From Mariprofundus sp. UBA1536 (GTDB taxonomy: Bacteria > Pseudomonadota > Zetaproteobacteria > Mariprofundales > Mariprofundaceae): a stretch of DNA of 64,000 nt. The position numbers were made by a program, and so were the translations under genes. Positions 53,477 through 63,499 of the stretch are shown piece by piece (positions within the stretch are counted from its first letter, which is position 1; each line of letters begins with the position of its first letter). The notes beneath the pieces were generated by a model. The model had not been told where the DNA came from. It saw only the letters and a program-made list of their open reading frames with translations, and ran no database searches. Location: positions 108,445 to 172,444 of the forward strand of contig DCPU01000016.1 of NCBI GenBank assembly GCA_002323245.1, in the 5' to 3' direction.

Positions 53477-55137
53477 TGGCTGAGCAGCGCGAGAAAATCC
53501 GGCTTTCTGGTTCAGCTGCTGCTGGCAGCTCAGGTGTTGTCATTGGCAATATCCAGAAGCTGGATGCAAGGCACCAATTTCTCCCCGAATATATTATTGA
53601 AGCAGGTGAAGTTGGTAGTGAGCGTGAACGCTTGCGCCAAGCTGTGGCGGATGCTTGCAAACAACTTGATGATGAAATCTTAGATTTTGAGCATCATGAA
53701 CGGGCACAAGAACTGATTTCTATTTTGCAAGCGCATCGTTTGATGCTAACAGATTCATCCATTTCAGAAGCAGCGCTATTGTTGATCCAAGAGCAACATA
53801 TCAATGCCGAATGGGCATTGAAAAAATGTCTGGCTGAAATTGGGCAAGCTTTTGATCAAATGAGTGATCAATATTTGCGTAGTAGAAAAGCGGACGTGGA
53901 GCATGTAGGGCAGCGCATTTTTAGTATGCTTGCCAATGATGAACCCATTTCGCATGTGTCGGCATCGATTATGATGGCCAATGATTTTTCACCATCGGAT
54001 GTGGTGGCTATGTGGCGCTCAGGTGTGTCTGGATTTGTATCAGTTCAGGGCGGGGCAGACAGCCATGCCATGATTGTGGCGCGAAGTATTGGCTTGCCAG
54101 GCTTGTCGGGTGTGCAAGGGCTCTTTGATGCGGCTGAAGATGGTGATGATTTTGTGCTGGATGCAGAACATGGTGCATGGGTGTTGCATCCCCATGAAGA
54201 TGAGTTGGCTGATTATGCACAAATACAGTTTGCGCTTTTGGAAGTCGAACAGGGCTTACAAGCTTATGCAACAGCGGCTTCAACATCTGCCGATGGTTAT
54301 TTTATGCCCTTGATGGCCAATTTGGAGTTTGCCGAAGAAGCGCGGGTAGCAGTCGATAGCGGCGCAGAAGGAGTGGGTCTTTTTCGTACTGAGTTTTTAT
54401 TCATGCAGTCTGATGAATTGCCGCAAGAGGATTTACAGTTTCAGCATTATGCCCAAGTGGTGCAAGGTATGCATGGTAAGCCTGTCACCTTCCGCTTGCT
54501 TGATATTGGTGCTGATAAGCTTATCAAAGCTGAGGAATTGCAGGGTATTTGCGATGGTTTAAATCCTGCCTTGGGTTTGCGCGGCGTTAGAATGTTGCTG
54601 AATAAACCCAAGATTTTAGAAACCCAATTGCGGGCTATGGTGCGCGCAGCGGCCTTTGGCCATGTTTCTATCCTTATCCCTATGGTCACCACGGTGGCCG
54701 AAGTGGAAGAAGTGCGGGCGATGATGCTCAAAGTGCAAGAAGCGTTGGGCTTTAAAAAACACATTGATTTGGGTGTGATGATTGAGGTGCCAGCATCGGT
54801 ATTTATTGCCAATGAGTTGGCACAAGTATCGGATTTCTTCTCGATTGGTAGCAATGACTTGGTGCAATATAGCTTGGCCGTGGATCGCGCCGATGAGCAA
54901 GTCGGTTACATTTACAATTCATTTCACCCTGCCATTACCACGCTGATTGGTTTGGCAGCTGAAGCTGCGCATCGTCATGAAATCGCGATTTCTGTGTGTG
55001 GGGAGCTGGCGGCAAACCCTGATTGGACGCAATTCTTTTTGGATGTGGGCATGACCAGCTTATCGATGGGTACCCGTAATATCCTGCCCATTCGCAAACA
55101 ATTGTCTGAACTGCAACAAAACAAACGAATCAACTAA
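53476..55137 (+). CDS. ptsI: phosphoenolpyruvate-protein phosphotransferase (Enzyme I, no GAF domain)
   Basis: GGADSHAMIVARSIGLP phospho-His region, LFRTEFLF, IGSNDLVQY. GTG start overlapping the HPr stop. Confidence 0.9.
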   Translation: MAEQREKIRLSGSAAAGSSGVVIGNIQKLDARHQFLPEYIIEAGEVGSERERLRQAVADACKQLDDEILDFEHHERAQELISILQAHRLMLTDSSISEAALLLIQEQHINAEWALKKCLAEIGQAFDQMSDQYLRSRKADVEHVGQRIFSMLANDEPISHVSASIMMANDFSPSDVVAMWRSGVSGFVSVQGGADSHAMIVARSIGLPGLSGVQGLFDAAEDGDDFVLDAEHGAWVLHPHEDELADYAQIQFALLEVEQGLQAYATAASTSADGYFMPLMANLEFAEEARVAVDSGAEGVGLFRTEFLFMQSDELPQEDLQFQHYAQVVQGMHGKPVTFRLLDIGADKLIKAEELQGICDGLNPALGLRGVRMLLNKPKILETQLRAMVRAAAFGHVSILIPMVTTVAEVEEVRAMMLKVQEALGFKKHIDLGVMIEVPASVFIANELAQVSDFFSIGSNDLVQYSLAVDRADEQVGYIYNSFHPAITTLIGLAAEAAHRHEIAISVCGELAANPDWTQFFLDVGMTSLSMGTRNILPIRKQLSELQQNKRIN

Positions 55138-55161
55138 ACACGTTTTTCACTGAGGTAATTT

Positions 55162-55935
55162 ATGTCTGATGTTTCATTGTTCGGCGCACTGCTGGCTGGA
55201 TTGTTATCGTTTTTATCACCATGCGTGCTGCCTTTGGTGCCAGCATATTTATCTTTTATTAGTGGTGTTTCGGTGGATGCGTTGCGTGGCCAAGCCCAAG
55301 CTGATGATTCGCAAACCGATCATGCCCAAATTCGCCGTGTGGCCATGATTCAATCATTGTGGTTTGTCTTGGGCTTTAGTTTGGTGTTTATTGCCTTGGG
55401 CGCATCAGCAACCTTTTTAGGCCAGTGGTTACTCACGCATATGGCATCACTGGCCAAAGTGGCTGGTATCATCATCATTATTTTTGGTCTGCACTATACT
55501 GGCCTGATTCGCATTCCGTTTTTGATGGTGGATGCGCGCTTGAATACTGCTGAGGTCAAAGGCACCAGTGGTTTGGGTGCTTTGCTGCTAGGTTCGGCAT
55601 TTGCTTTTGGTTGGACGCCATGCATTGGCCCGATTTTAGGCGCGATTTTGGCGATGGCGGGTATGCAGGGGCAAGTTGGTGAAGGTATGATGTTGTTGGT
55701 CATGTACTCCATTGGATTGGGTATTCCATTTTTGACTGCAGCATATGCCACCAATGCTTTCTTGGATTGGTCAAAGCGTTTTAAACGTCATTTGCATGCT
55801 GTTGAAATCGTTTCGGGTGTGTTGTTGGTCTTGGTCGGCATCATGATTTTCTTGGGTAGCTTTACGGTGATTTCAGGACTTCTCATTGAATATTTGCCGT
55901 GGTTGGCCGACATCGAAAGCCTTGCGGATTTCTGA
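55162..55935 (+). CDS. ccdA: cytochrome c biogenesis thiol-disulfide transporter CcdA (DsbD family)
   Basis: SPCVLPLVP and WTPCIGPILG motifs. 6+ TM. Confidence 0.88.
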   Translation: MSDVSLFGALLAGLLSFLSPCVLPLVPAYLSFISGVSVDALRGQAQADDSQTDHAQIRRVAMIQSLWFVLGFSLVFIALGASATFLGQWLLTHMASLAKVAGIIIIIFGLHYTGLIRIPFLMVDARLNTAEVKGTSGLGALLLGSAFAFGWTPCIGPILGAILAMAGMQGQVGEGMMLLVMYSIGLGIPFLTAAYATNAFLDWSKRFKRHLHAVEIVSGVLLVLVGIMIFLGSFTVISGLLIEYLPWLADIESLADF

Positions 55936-55953
55936 AATCCTCACGGCTATTGC

Positions 55954-55973
55954 GGCAGATACATGTATCTGCC
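55954..55973 (+). terminator. perfect 20-nt palindromic hairpin downstream of ccdA (possible terminator)
   Basis: GGCAGATACA/TGTATCTGCC. The following T-run is weak (ACTATTTTG). Confidence 0.4.
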
Positions 55974-56027
55974 ACTATTTTGCTGAATATGTTTTGTTTT
56001 TATAGGTAGTTACACAGGGGTATTCCG

Positions 56028-57092
56028 ATGAAACTTCATTTTTACACACTGGCCTTTCTGGTCATTTTGATTCCCATCCAAGTGCAGGCTGATGCTTTTT
56101 TGATGCCTGGTGAAGTGGCTAGTGTGGATTTGGTAAAACCTTTCCCACAACCATACATTGTAAAAAAAGGCGATACGCTTTGGGATATTGCGAATGAATA
56201 CTTCGCAGACCCTGAGAAGTGGTTGAAAATCTGGGAGCACAATCTGCAAGTGAGCAATCCCGATTTGATTTACCCTGGCAATGAATTGTGGTTAAAAATC
56301 AAGCTTGAGCCTGTGGTGAAAGAACCAGAACGCAAAGTGGTAACCCTTACCCCACGTATTATTTACAAACCAGCTCAGCGCATCGAAAAAGACATCAACA
56401 ATGATATGGTGATCAAAGCTTTGGCTCGCCAAGATTTTATTCGCGCTGACAAAATTGAAGGTGAAGGTCATATTCTTGATTCAGAAGATGAGCGGTTAAA
56501 TTATGGCGCCTTTGATAAGGTGTATTTGTCATTGGATGAACCTGCCAAACCTGGCGATATATTTAATATTTTCCGCAATGGCGACCCCATTTTTAATGAG
56601 GCTGAAAGCACTGAAAAACCCGTGGGTTATTTGGTGAATCATTTGGGCCGCGTAGAAGTGACATCGGTTGAAAGTGGCGTATACCGCGGTAATATCATTG
56701 AAGCATTTGAAGAGATTGGCCGCACCGACCGACTTAAACGGGCGGTACCACAAGATTATAATATCAAACCAGAATACCCTGAAAAACCAATCTTTGGCCG
56801 CGTGCTTTATATGCGTAATGATGCAGTTGAAGCCGGTCAAGGCCAAGTGTTGGGTATTAATTTAGGTATCAATGATGGGCTTAAAGCTGGTTCTGTATTG
56901 GGCTTGTATCGCTCGGGACGTTTGGTGGTGGACCAAGCCTACTCCGAAGAAGTGTTCCAAGCTTTGCCTGAAGAGAAAGTCGGTGAAGTGATTGTCATTG
57001 CCCCGCAAGATAAAGCATCCATTGTGTTGGTGACCAGATCTTCTTCATCAATCAATAAAGGCGATATCGTCCAAACTCTACCCAAACGTTAA
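56028..57092 (+). CDS. LysM-domain peptidoglycan-binding protein
   Basis: Signal peptide. LysM YIVKKGDTLWDIANEYF....W..IW..N. Position upstream of dprA. Confidence 0.82.
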   Translation: MKLHFYTLAFLVILIPIQVQADAFLMPGEVASVDLVKPFPQPYIVKKGDTLWDIANEYFADPEKWLKIWEHNLQVSNPDLIYPGNELWLKIKLEPVVKEPERKVVTLTPRIIYKPAQRIEKDINNDMVIKALARQDFIRADKIEGEGHILDSEDERLNYGAFDKVYLSLDEPAKPGDIFNIFRNGDPIFNEAESTEKPVGYLVNHLGRVEVTSVESGVYRGNIIEAFEEIGRTDRLKRAVPQDYNIKPEYPEKPIFGRVLYMRNDAVEAGQGQVLGINLGINDGLKAGSVLGLYRSGRLVVDQAYSEEVFQALPEEKVGEVIVIAPQDKASIVLVTRSSSSINKGDIVQTLPKR

Positions 57093-57093
57093 C

Positions 57094-58188
57094 ATGACGA
57101 TTAGCTCGGCAGCTTGCGATTACCTTCGCCTAAGCTTGGTGCCGGGCGTGGGTGTGTATACAGCTCAGTTGCTGATTCAACATTGTGGTTCGGTGGCCAA
57201 TATTTGGCAGCAAACGCCAGCGCAGTGGGCTGATGTTGAGGGTGTAGGGCCAAAACTCATTCAAGCTTTAGCGGCTGCTTTTTCAGAGCAAAACGAAGCC
57301 ATCATCGCCAGTATCTTCAACACGTGTGAACAACAAGATATCCAGCTGATTTGTCCTGAAGATGAAGCTTGGCCAGCCAATCTGATGGGCTGTAGCGATG
57401 CGCCATTGGTGTTGTATGCCAAGGGCAACTTGGATTGTTTAGGTAACGAAAAAATTCTAGGCATGGTCGGTGCACGCAAAGCTTCAGCAGAGGGTAAGCT
57501 GATTGCCAGACGTTGGTCGGCATATTGTTCCAGTCAAGATGTGGTGATGGTTAGCGGTATGGCGCCAGGCATTGATTCAGCGGTGCATGGTGGCTCGCTT
57601 GATTCCGTTAAAGCGGGCGTGGCTGTGCTGGGTTATGGTTTTGGTGCTGGCAGCGTTCAGCAACAGAAACAGATTGCGGCGCTGGCAGATTTGGGATGCG
57701 TACTCACCGAATATGCCCCTGAAGTACAGGCGCACCCCGCATTCTTTCCGCAACGCAATCGCATCATCGCTGGCTTGTCACAAGCATTGGTGATTATTGA
57801 GGGTGGCTTGAAATCAGGCTCTTTAATCACGGCGCGGCAAGGGCTGAATTATGGCAGGGAGATATTTGCAGTTCCCGGTTCAGTTTTGAATGATATGCAT
57901 GCGGGCTGTCATCAACTGATTCAGGATGGGGCGCAGCTGGCCAATGATGCCGAATATGTGATGCGCTGTATGGGCTGGCACACACAACGAAGTGCTAAAA
58001 ATCATTACCAGCCAAGTGATGAAACGGAAGCAAAATTACTGGAAATGCTAGGTAATCAAATTTTGCATATTGATCATTTGGCTGAAGATTGCTGCTTGAC
58101 CGTGCCAGCGCTTTCTACCATCTTGCTCCGCCTTGAATTAGAGGGTGTTATCGAAAAACTGCCCGGAAGTCGTTATACCTTAAGCTAA
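57094..58188 (+). CDS. dprA: DNA-processing protein DprA (Smf)
   Basis: Rossmann-like core GMAPGIDSAVHGG, FFPQRNRIIAGLS, C-terminal wHTH. Confidence 0.9.
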   Translation: MTISSAACDYLRLSLVPGVGVYTAQLLIQHCGSVANIWQQTPAQWADVEGVGPKLIQALAAAFSEQNEAIIASIFNTCEQQDIQLICPEDEAWPANLMGCSDAPLVLYAKGNLDCLGNEKILGMVGARKASAEGKLIARRWSAYCSSQDVVMVSGMAPGIDSAVHGGSLDSVKAGVAVLGYGFGAGSVQQQKQIAALADLGCVLTEYAPEVQAHPAFFPQRNRIIAGLSQALVIIEGGLKSGSLITARQGLNYGREIFAVPGSVLNDMHAGCHQLIQDGAQLANDAEYVMRCMGWHTQRSAKNHYQPSDETEAKLLEMLGNQILHIDHLAEDCCLTVPALSTILLRLELEGVIEKLPGSRYTLS

Positions 58189-58233
58189 GTTACACCTATT
58201 CAGGCGAAGTCAAAAAAAGCAGAGAGGATTAAT

Positions 58234-60510
58234 ATGAGTGCTGTAGTTGTCGTGGAATCTCCTGCAAAAGCCAAAACCATTGAGAAATATTTGGGCAAAG
58301 GTTACAAGGTGTTGGCCTCTTATGGTCATGTGCGTGCATTTCCTAAAAAGAACGGCTCAGTAGACACTGAAAACGATTTTGCGCTGAAATATGTGGTCAT
58401 CGACGATAAGAAGAAACGTCTTGATGATATTGAAAAAGCCCTGAAAAAAGCCGATACACTTATCCTCGCCAGCGATTTGGATCGCGAAGGGGAAGCTATT
58501 GCTTGGCATGTGGCTGAAGAAATGCGTGCCCGTGGTTTGCTTGATACCCGAGAAGTGCAACGTATCACCTTCAACCAAATTACCCGCAAGGCCATTCAAG
58601 ATGCTGTTGATCATCCTGCTGTTTTAAATATGCCGTTGGTGGATGCCCAACAAGCGCGCTCAGCCTTGGATTATTTGGTGGGCTTTACTTTATCGCCCCT
58701 ATTATGGAAAAAAATTCGCGGCGGCTTATCTGCTGGCCGCGTGCAGTCGGTAGCCTTGCGCTTGGTGTGTGAGCGCGAGCAACATATTCGTGATTTTCGC
58801 CCCAAAGAATATTGGTCAGTAGAAGCCAATTGTGCGGTCAAGGGCCAAGCAGATAGCCCATTTCAAGCCATGTTGCAGGAATTGGCAGGCGAGAAGTTAA
58901 CCAAATTCTCGCTGGTGAATGAAAAAGCTGCGCGCGCAGCTACGGATGTGGTCAACAAAGGCAGCTTTAAAGTTGCCGATATTCAGAAGAAACAAAGCAA
59001 ACAGCTTCCTTCACCTCCGTTTATTACTTCAACTATTCAAATGGAAGCATCGCGCAAATTGGGCTTTACTGCCCGTAAAACCATGCAGATTGCCCAAAAG
59101 CTTTATGAGGGTGAAGAAGTGGACGGTGAACGCGTGGGTCTTATTACTTATATGCGTACTGACTCAGTTTCTTTATCGGCAGAAGCCATTGAAGAAGCGC
59201 GCGAACATATTTTAAGTAAATACGGCAAAGACTATTTGCCATCCAAGCCGCGCGAATTTAAAACCAAAAGTAAAAATGCGCAGGAAGCGCATGAAGCGAT
59301 TCGCCCCACGTCATTTGCCCGCACACCTGAAAGCATGCGTCAGTCATTGCAAGCTGATGAGCTCAAGCTTTATAAGTTGATTTGGAAACGCACCCTGGCT
59401 TCGCAAATGGAATCTGCAGTGCTTGATCAAGTGCGCGCTGATTTAAGTGATGGCAGCACCACGCTTCGCGCCAATGGTTCCACATTGATTTTCCCAGGCT
59501 TTCGCACGCTTTATATTGAAGGTACTGATGAGCCGGCGACATCCAGTGATGACAGCACCTTGCCGCCACTCAATCTTGGTGATGTGATTGATATTGCTGA
59601 AGTCTTGCCCAAGCAGCATTTTACTGAGCCTAAGCCGCGCTTTTCTGAAGCAACCTTGGTCAAAGAGCTTGAAAGTCATGGTATTGGCCGCCCTTCTACG
59701 TATGCCTCAATTTTGAATGTGCTGCGTGAGCGCAAATACGTGGACATGGATAAAAAACGCTTTGTGCCCACCGATGTAGGTGAAATCGTAAGTAAATTTT
59801 TGACCACTTATTTTGGCGATATTGTCGATGTGAACTTTACTGCCGATATTGAAGACAAACTCGATGCTGTAGCACGCGGTGAAAGCGATTGGAAACCATT
59901 GCTGCGTGAATTCTGGGGGCCATTTAAAGCCCGTATTGATCATACGGAAGAGCATGTGAATCGCGCAGATGTAACCCATGAAGAAACCGATGAGAAATGC
60001 CCAGAATGCGGTAAACCTATGGCGATTAAGCTGGGTAAGTTTGGGAAATTTCTTGCTTGCACGGGTTATCCCGAGTGTAAAGTGGCCAAGCCACTTAATG
60101 GTGATGATGAAAATCGTGCTGAGCCAGAGGCATCCGATGAAATTTGCGAGTTGTGTAATTCTCCCATGGTGGTCAAAGCTGGCCGCTTCGGAAAATTTTT
60201 AGGCTGTTCTTCGTACCCTGAGTGCAAAAATATTCAGCCCTTGGAAAAACCTGTGGATACAGGCATCCCTTGCCCAACGTGCAATCAAGGCACTTTCTTA
60301 GAAAAGAAATCTCGCCGTGGTAAAGTGTTTTATTCCTGTTCGAAATACCCCAAATGCAAACACGCGCTTTGGAATAAACCCATTGATAAACGCTGCCCAG
60401 AATGTGATGCGCCGTTTGTGACTGAGAAAGTAACCAAACGTAATGGCACGGAATTGGTTTGTGCCAATGAATCATGCAAATGGAAGGAGCAAATTGAAGC
60501 TCCAGTCTAA
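58234..60510 (+). CDS. topA: DNA topoisomerase I
   Basis: TOPRIM VVVESPAKAKTI, active-site Tyr region ITYMRTDS, four C-terminal CxxC...CxxC zinc ribbons. Confidence 0.95.
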   Translation: MSAVVVVESPAKAKTIEKYLGKGYKVLASYGHVRAFPKKNGSVDTENDFALKYVVIDDKKKRLDDIEKALKKADTLILASDLDREGEAIAWHVAEEMRARGLLDTREVQRITFNQITRKAIQDAVDHPAVLNMPLVDAQQARSALDYLVGFTLSPLLWKKIRGGLSAGRVQSVALRLVCEREQHIRDFRPKEYWSVEANCAVKGQADSPFQAMLQELAGEKLTKFSLVNEKAARAATDVVNKGSFKVADIQKKQSKQLPSPPFITSTIQMEASRKLGFTARKTMQIAQKLYEGEEVDGERVGLITYMRTDSVSLSAEAIEEAREHILSKYGKDYLPSKPREFKTKSKNAQEAHEAIRPTSFARTPESMRQSLQADELKLYKLIWKRTLASQMESAVLDQVRADLSDGSTTLRANGSTLIFPGFRTLYIEGTDEPATSSDDSTLPPLNLGDVIDIAEVLPKQHFTEPKPRFSEATLVKELESHGIGRPSTYASILNVLRERKYVDMDKKRFVPTDVGEIVSKFLTTYFGDIVDVNFTADIEDKLDAVARGESDWKPLLREFWGPFKARIDHTEEHVNRADVTHEETDEKCPECGKPMAIKLGKFGKFLACTGYPECKVAKPLNGDDENRAEPEASDEICELCNSPMVVKAGRFGKFLGCSSYPECKNIQPLEKPVDTGIPCPTCNQGTFLEKKSRRGKVFYSCSKYPKCKHALWNKPIDKRCPECDAPFVTEKVTKRNGTELVCANESCKWKEQIEAPV

Positions 60511-60526
60511 ATCTGAAACATCAGGT

Positions 60527-60991
60527 ATGTTGCTGGAGCTCGATTTTCGCGCAGGCAATATTGATGATATTGAGGCTGTATTTGCTTTGAACCGGACTGT
60601 GTTTGATGAGGCGTGGTCGAAGCAAGCCATGCTGCAATCATTACAAGTGGGTTATGATTTGTTTGTGTGTTGGCACAGCGAAACACTGGTGGGTTATGTG
60701 CTCAGTCAGGATATTTTGTTTGAGGTGCAAGTGATGCAAATTTCCGTAGCTCCAACGCATCGACGCCAAGGAATTGCTAAAACATTGCTCAATATGCTGA
60801 TTCAAGATAAAGCTGATTATGATGTAGTGATGCTTGAAGTGCGTGCTTCGAATATTGCGGCGCAACGTTTTTACGAAAGTTTGGGTTTTTCGCAGGTCGG
60901 TAAACGACCAAAGTATTACAGCCCAACGCCAACCTTGGCCGCTGAAGACGCCATTCTTTTTAATTTTTGTCCGCAAGTTCAGTCATGTTGA
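60527..60991 (+). CDS. rimI: ribosomal-protein-alanine N-acetyltransferase
   Basis: GNAT acetyl-CoA motif HRRQGIAKTLL. RimI-like C-terminus YY....EDAILF. Confidence 0.8.
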   Translation: MLLELDFRAGNIDDIEAVFALNRTVFDEAWSKQAMLQSLQVGYDLFVCWHSETLVGYVLSQDILFEVQVMQISVAPTHRRQGIAKTLLNMLIQDKADYDVVMLEVRASNIAAQRFYESLGFSQVGKRPKYYSPTPTLAAEDAILFNFCPQVQSC

Positions 60992-61551
60992 TGTCGGGAA
61001 TTTTGGCGCGTGAGTCTTGGTTGGAAGCGCCGTCCTGGCGGGCGACAGATACTGGTCAAATTGCCTCGGATTTGCAGTGTGATGTGCTGACGGTAACCAC
61101 CTCGCTGACGCGATTTTTGGAAAAGAAGTACCAGTTACGTTTGGAAGTGTTTGTGCATGAGCAGTTTATTGATGCGCCCACTGTCGTAGAAGCAACATTA
61201 TTGAATATCGACACATCGTCGCGTTGTTTGCGCCGTAAAGTGTCGCTGCTTTTTCGTAAAGAAAGCATGTTTGATGCTGAATCGGTATTACCCTTGGATG
61301 TATTGCCCACCACGTTGATGGCGGAGCTTGAAGCAGGGCAGCGGCCGCTGGCAAATTTATTGTCGGATCGTGGTTTGTCGCTTTCTCGCACAGATTTAAG
61401 TATCGCGCATATTCAAGGCCCGAGCATTTATGAGCATTTATGGGCAAGGCGCTCTGTGTTGCGCTCAGAATCAGGGGCAACTGCCTTGGTCACAGAGGTG
61501 TTTCACGAAACATTTTGGCGGAAGTTGCATTATCTCTGCCAAAGCATGTGA
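60985..61551 (+). CDS. ubiC: chorismate-pyruvate lyase (UbiC family)
   Basis: Pattern TSLTRFLE....L.V.V..Q, CLRRKVSLL, QRPLANLL, ALVTEVF. ATG 60985 overlaps the rimI stop. Confidence 0.7.
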   Translation: MLMSGILARESWLEAPSWRATDTGQIASDLQCDVLTVTTSLTRFLEKKYQLRLEVFVHEQFIDAPTVVEATLLNIDTSSRCLRRKVSLLFRKESMFDAESVLPLDVLPTTLMAELEAGQRPLANLLSDRGLSLSRTDLSIAHIQGPSIYEHLWARRSVLRSESGATALVTEVFHETFWRKLHYLCQSM

Positions 61552-61689
61552 AGGCTAAAATGCAAAAAGTGAGACTAAGGCGCAAAGCATTGGCGTAAAG
61601 TGCGTGGATATGGGCAGATAATTGACACTAGGGCGGCGCTCTTTATCGTGTCGCAACAATTTAATGGCTTTTAAGCAAGGGAAAATCCT

Positions 61690-62349
61690 GTGAAGACAAA
61701 GAAAGAAAACGAAAACATCATTGAGAATTTAGTCAGCGCTGAAGATATCGTTGAGCTTAAACGCGACATGCAAAGCGCGAAAGTTGCCGACTGGCTACAC
61801 AAAAACCAACAGCAAATCATTGCTGGGGCTGTGGTATTTGTGTTGGTGATTATCGGCGCATCACTTTGGAAAGAGCAACGTGTAGCCCAGCGTGAAGCTG
61901 CGGCGTTGGCCTATATGCAAGCTACAAACATCAAAGATGCGACTGAGCGTAATGCCATGCTCGAAGCTGTGCGCGCCAACTACCCCGATTCGGGTTATGC
62001 CTTACTGGCAGCTATGCAACAAAGCAAAGCTGAAGACGTGGCTGTGAAAAAAGAAAGCCTAACCTTGCTAATCAACAGCAAAAGTGCCCCGGAATTAAAA
62101 TGGCAAGCACAATTGGATTTGGCAGAGTTGTTGATTCATGAAGGTGAATTGGCAGAAGCGGCTGAAGTACTAAAAGAGCGTGTAGGCAAACATTACGAAC
62201 AAGAGCGTTTCTATTTATTGTCACGCACCACCAACGATGCGGCGAAAAAAGCAGAGTGGATTCAAAAATCATTGGATGCGGAATCCCATGATAATGATTT
62301 AACAGCAGCACTAGAGGCTGAATTGGCTTCGCTGCAAGCAGCACAATAA
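61690..62349 (+). CDS. yfgM: YfgM-family TPR-like membrane-anchored protein
   Basis: N-terminal cytoplasmic tail, single TM (IIAGAVVFVLVIIGASLW) and a helical periplasmic domain. Conserved position before bamB-der. Confidence 0.8.
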   Translation: MKTKKENENIIENLVSAEDIVELKRDMQSAKVADWLHKNQQQIIAGAVVFVLVIIGASLWKEQRVAQREAAALAYMQATNIKDATERNAMLEAVRANYPDSGYALLAAMQQSKAEDVAVKKESLTLLINSKSAPELKWQAQLDLAELLIHEGELAEAAEVLKERVGKHYEQERFYLLSRTTNDAAKKAEWIQKSLDAESHDNDLTAALEAELASLQAAQ

Positions 62350-62350
62350 C

Positions 62351-63499
62351 GTGAAACTAACCCATGCTATTGCAGCGCTTGGATGTGTGGGTGTTTGCAT
62401 GATTACGCAATTTTCGCCTGTAGATGCCATAGCTGCCCAATCACCTGAGATTCACCAAGTTTGGTCAGTGGATGTTGACCAGCGCCCTCCCAATGCGCCC
62501 ATTGCATTAAGCACACCTGCGGTTGTGAACACGGCAGATGATACTTTGTTGGTATTGGCCGCAAGGGATAAATTCGTGCATGTTTATAATCTAGAAGGTG
62601 ATGATGTTCGTCGCATTGCTATTGAAGCACCATCGGATTCTGGCGCTTTATTACTTAGCAATGGTTTGGTTGTGGTCGGCGATATTGATGGTCGCATCTA
62701 TGGTATCGACCCCATTGCGGGTGTCGTGGCTTGGCAAGTGCAGTTGACCGCTTCTTTCACCAATACGCCTGTGGCTTTAGGTGATGATTTTCTAGTGCAA
62801 ACCAACGATAACTTTATTTATTACTTCACAGCTGCGGGTGAGAAGAAGTGGAGTTATGCCGGTCAAAACAGTGTGTTAAGTTTGTACTTGAGTTCAACGC
62901 CTTTGGTGGCGGGCAATCGTATTTTTGCTGTTCAAAGCAATGGTGATTGCGTGGCTTTAAAAGCCGATAGTGGTGATTTGTTGTGGAAACGTCAGTTGCT
63001 AATGTCCAACAACTCATCAGTGCTTACCGAAATGAAAGCGCCTTTGGCAACGCCTTTGTTGTTGGATACATTAAATATGAATGGCGAGTCCGTGAGCGAT
63101 GTGCTTCTGGTGCCGTTTTATCAGGGCGAATTGCATGCGCTCAGCGCCAGCGACGGCAGTGAATTGTTTAGTGTGCCTACTTCCATCAAATCTTCACCGT
63201 TATTATGGGGTGGTATGATGTATCTTGCGGACAGTGAAGGGTATATTCATGCCTATCACCGTGATAAGGGACTTCGTGCCTGGAGTAAAAAAATATCCAG
63301 CACTGAATTGCTTGGTCCAGTATTATGGCAAGAGCGTTTGTGGGTTGCTGATAAGCAAGGCAATGTTTTAGTTTTAAATGCAGATGGTGAAGTGCAAGCG
63401 CAGACAACAGTTGTTGGCCGTATCGCGCGTTTGCCGCAGGTAACAACAGAAGGTGTCGTGATTCGCACAGAACGTGGTGTCATGGTTAAGGTGCAATAA
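62351..63499 (+). CDS. bamB: outer membrane protein assembly factor BamB
   Basis: Signal peptide with Cys. Repeated PQQ-like beta-propeller blades (..G.VVAWQ.., ..GDLLWKR.., ..GLRAWSK..). Position between yfgM and der. Confidence 0.85.
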   Translation: MKLTHAIAALGCVGVCMITQFSPVDAIAAQSPEIHQVWSVDVDQRPPNAPIALSTPAVVNTADDTLLVLAARDKFVHVYNLEGDDVRRIAIEAPSDSGALLLSNGLVVVGDIDGRIYGIDPIAGVVAWQVQLTASFTNTPVALGDDFLVQTNDNFIYYFTAAGEKKWSYAGQNSVLSLYLSSTPLVAGNRIFAVQSNGDCVALKADSGDLLWKRQLLMSNNSSVLTEMKAPLATPLLLDTLNMNGESVSDVLLVPFYQGELHALSASDGSELFSVPTSIKSSPLLWGGMMYLADSEGYIHAYHRDKGLRAWSKKISSTELLGPVLWQERLWVADKQGNVLVLNADGEVQAQTTVVGRIARLPQVTTEGVVIRTERGVMVKVQ

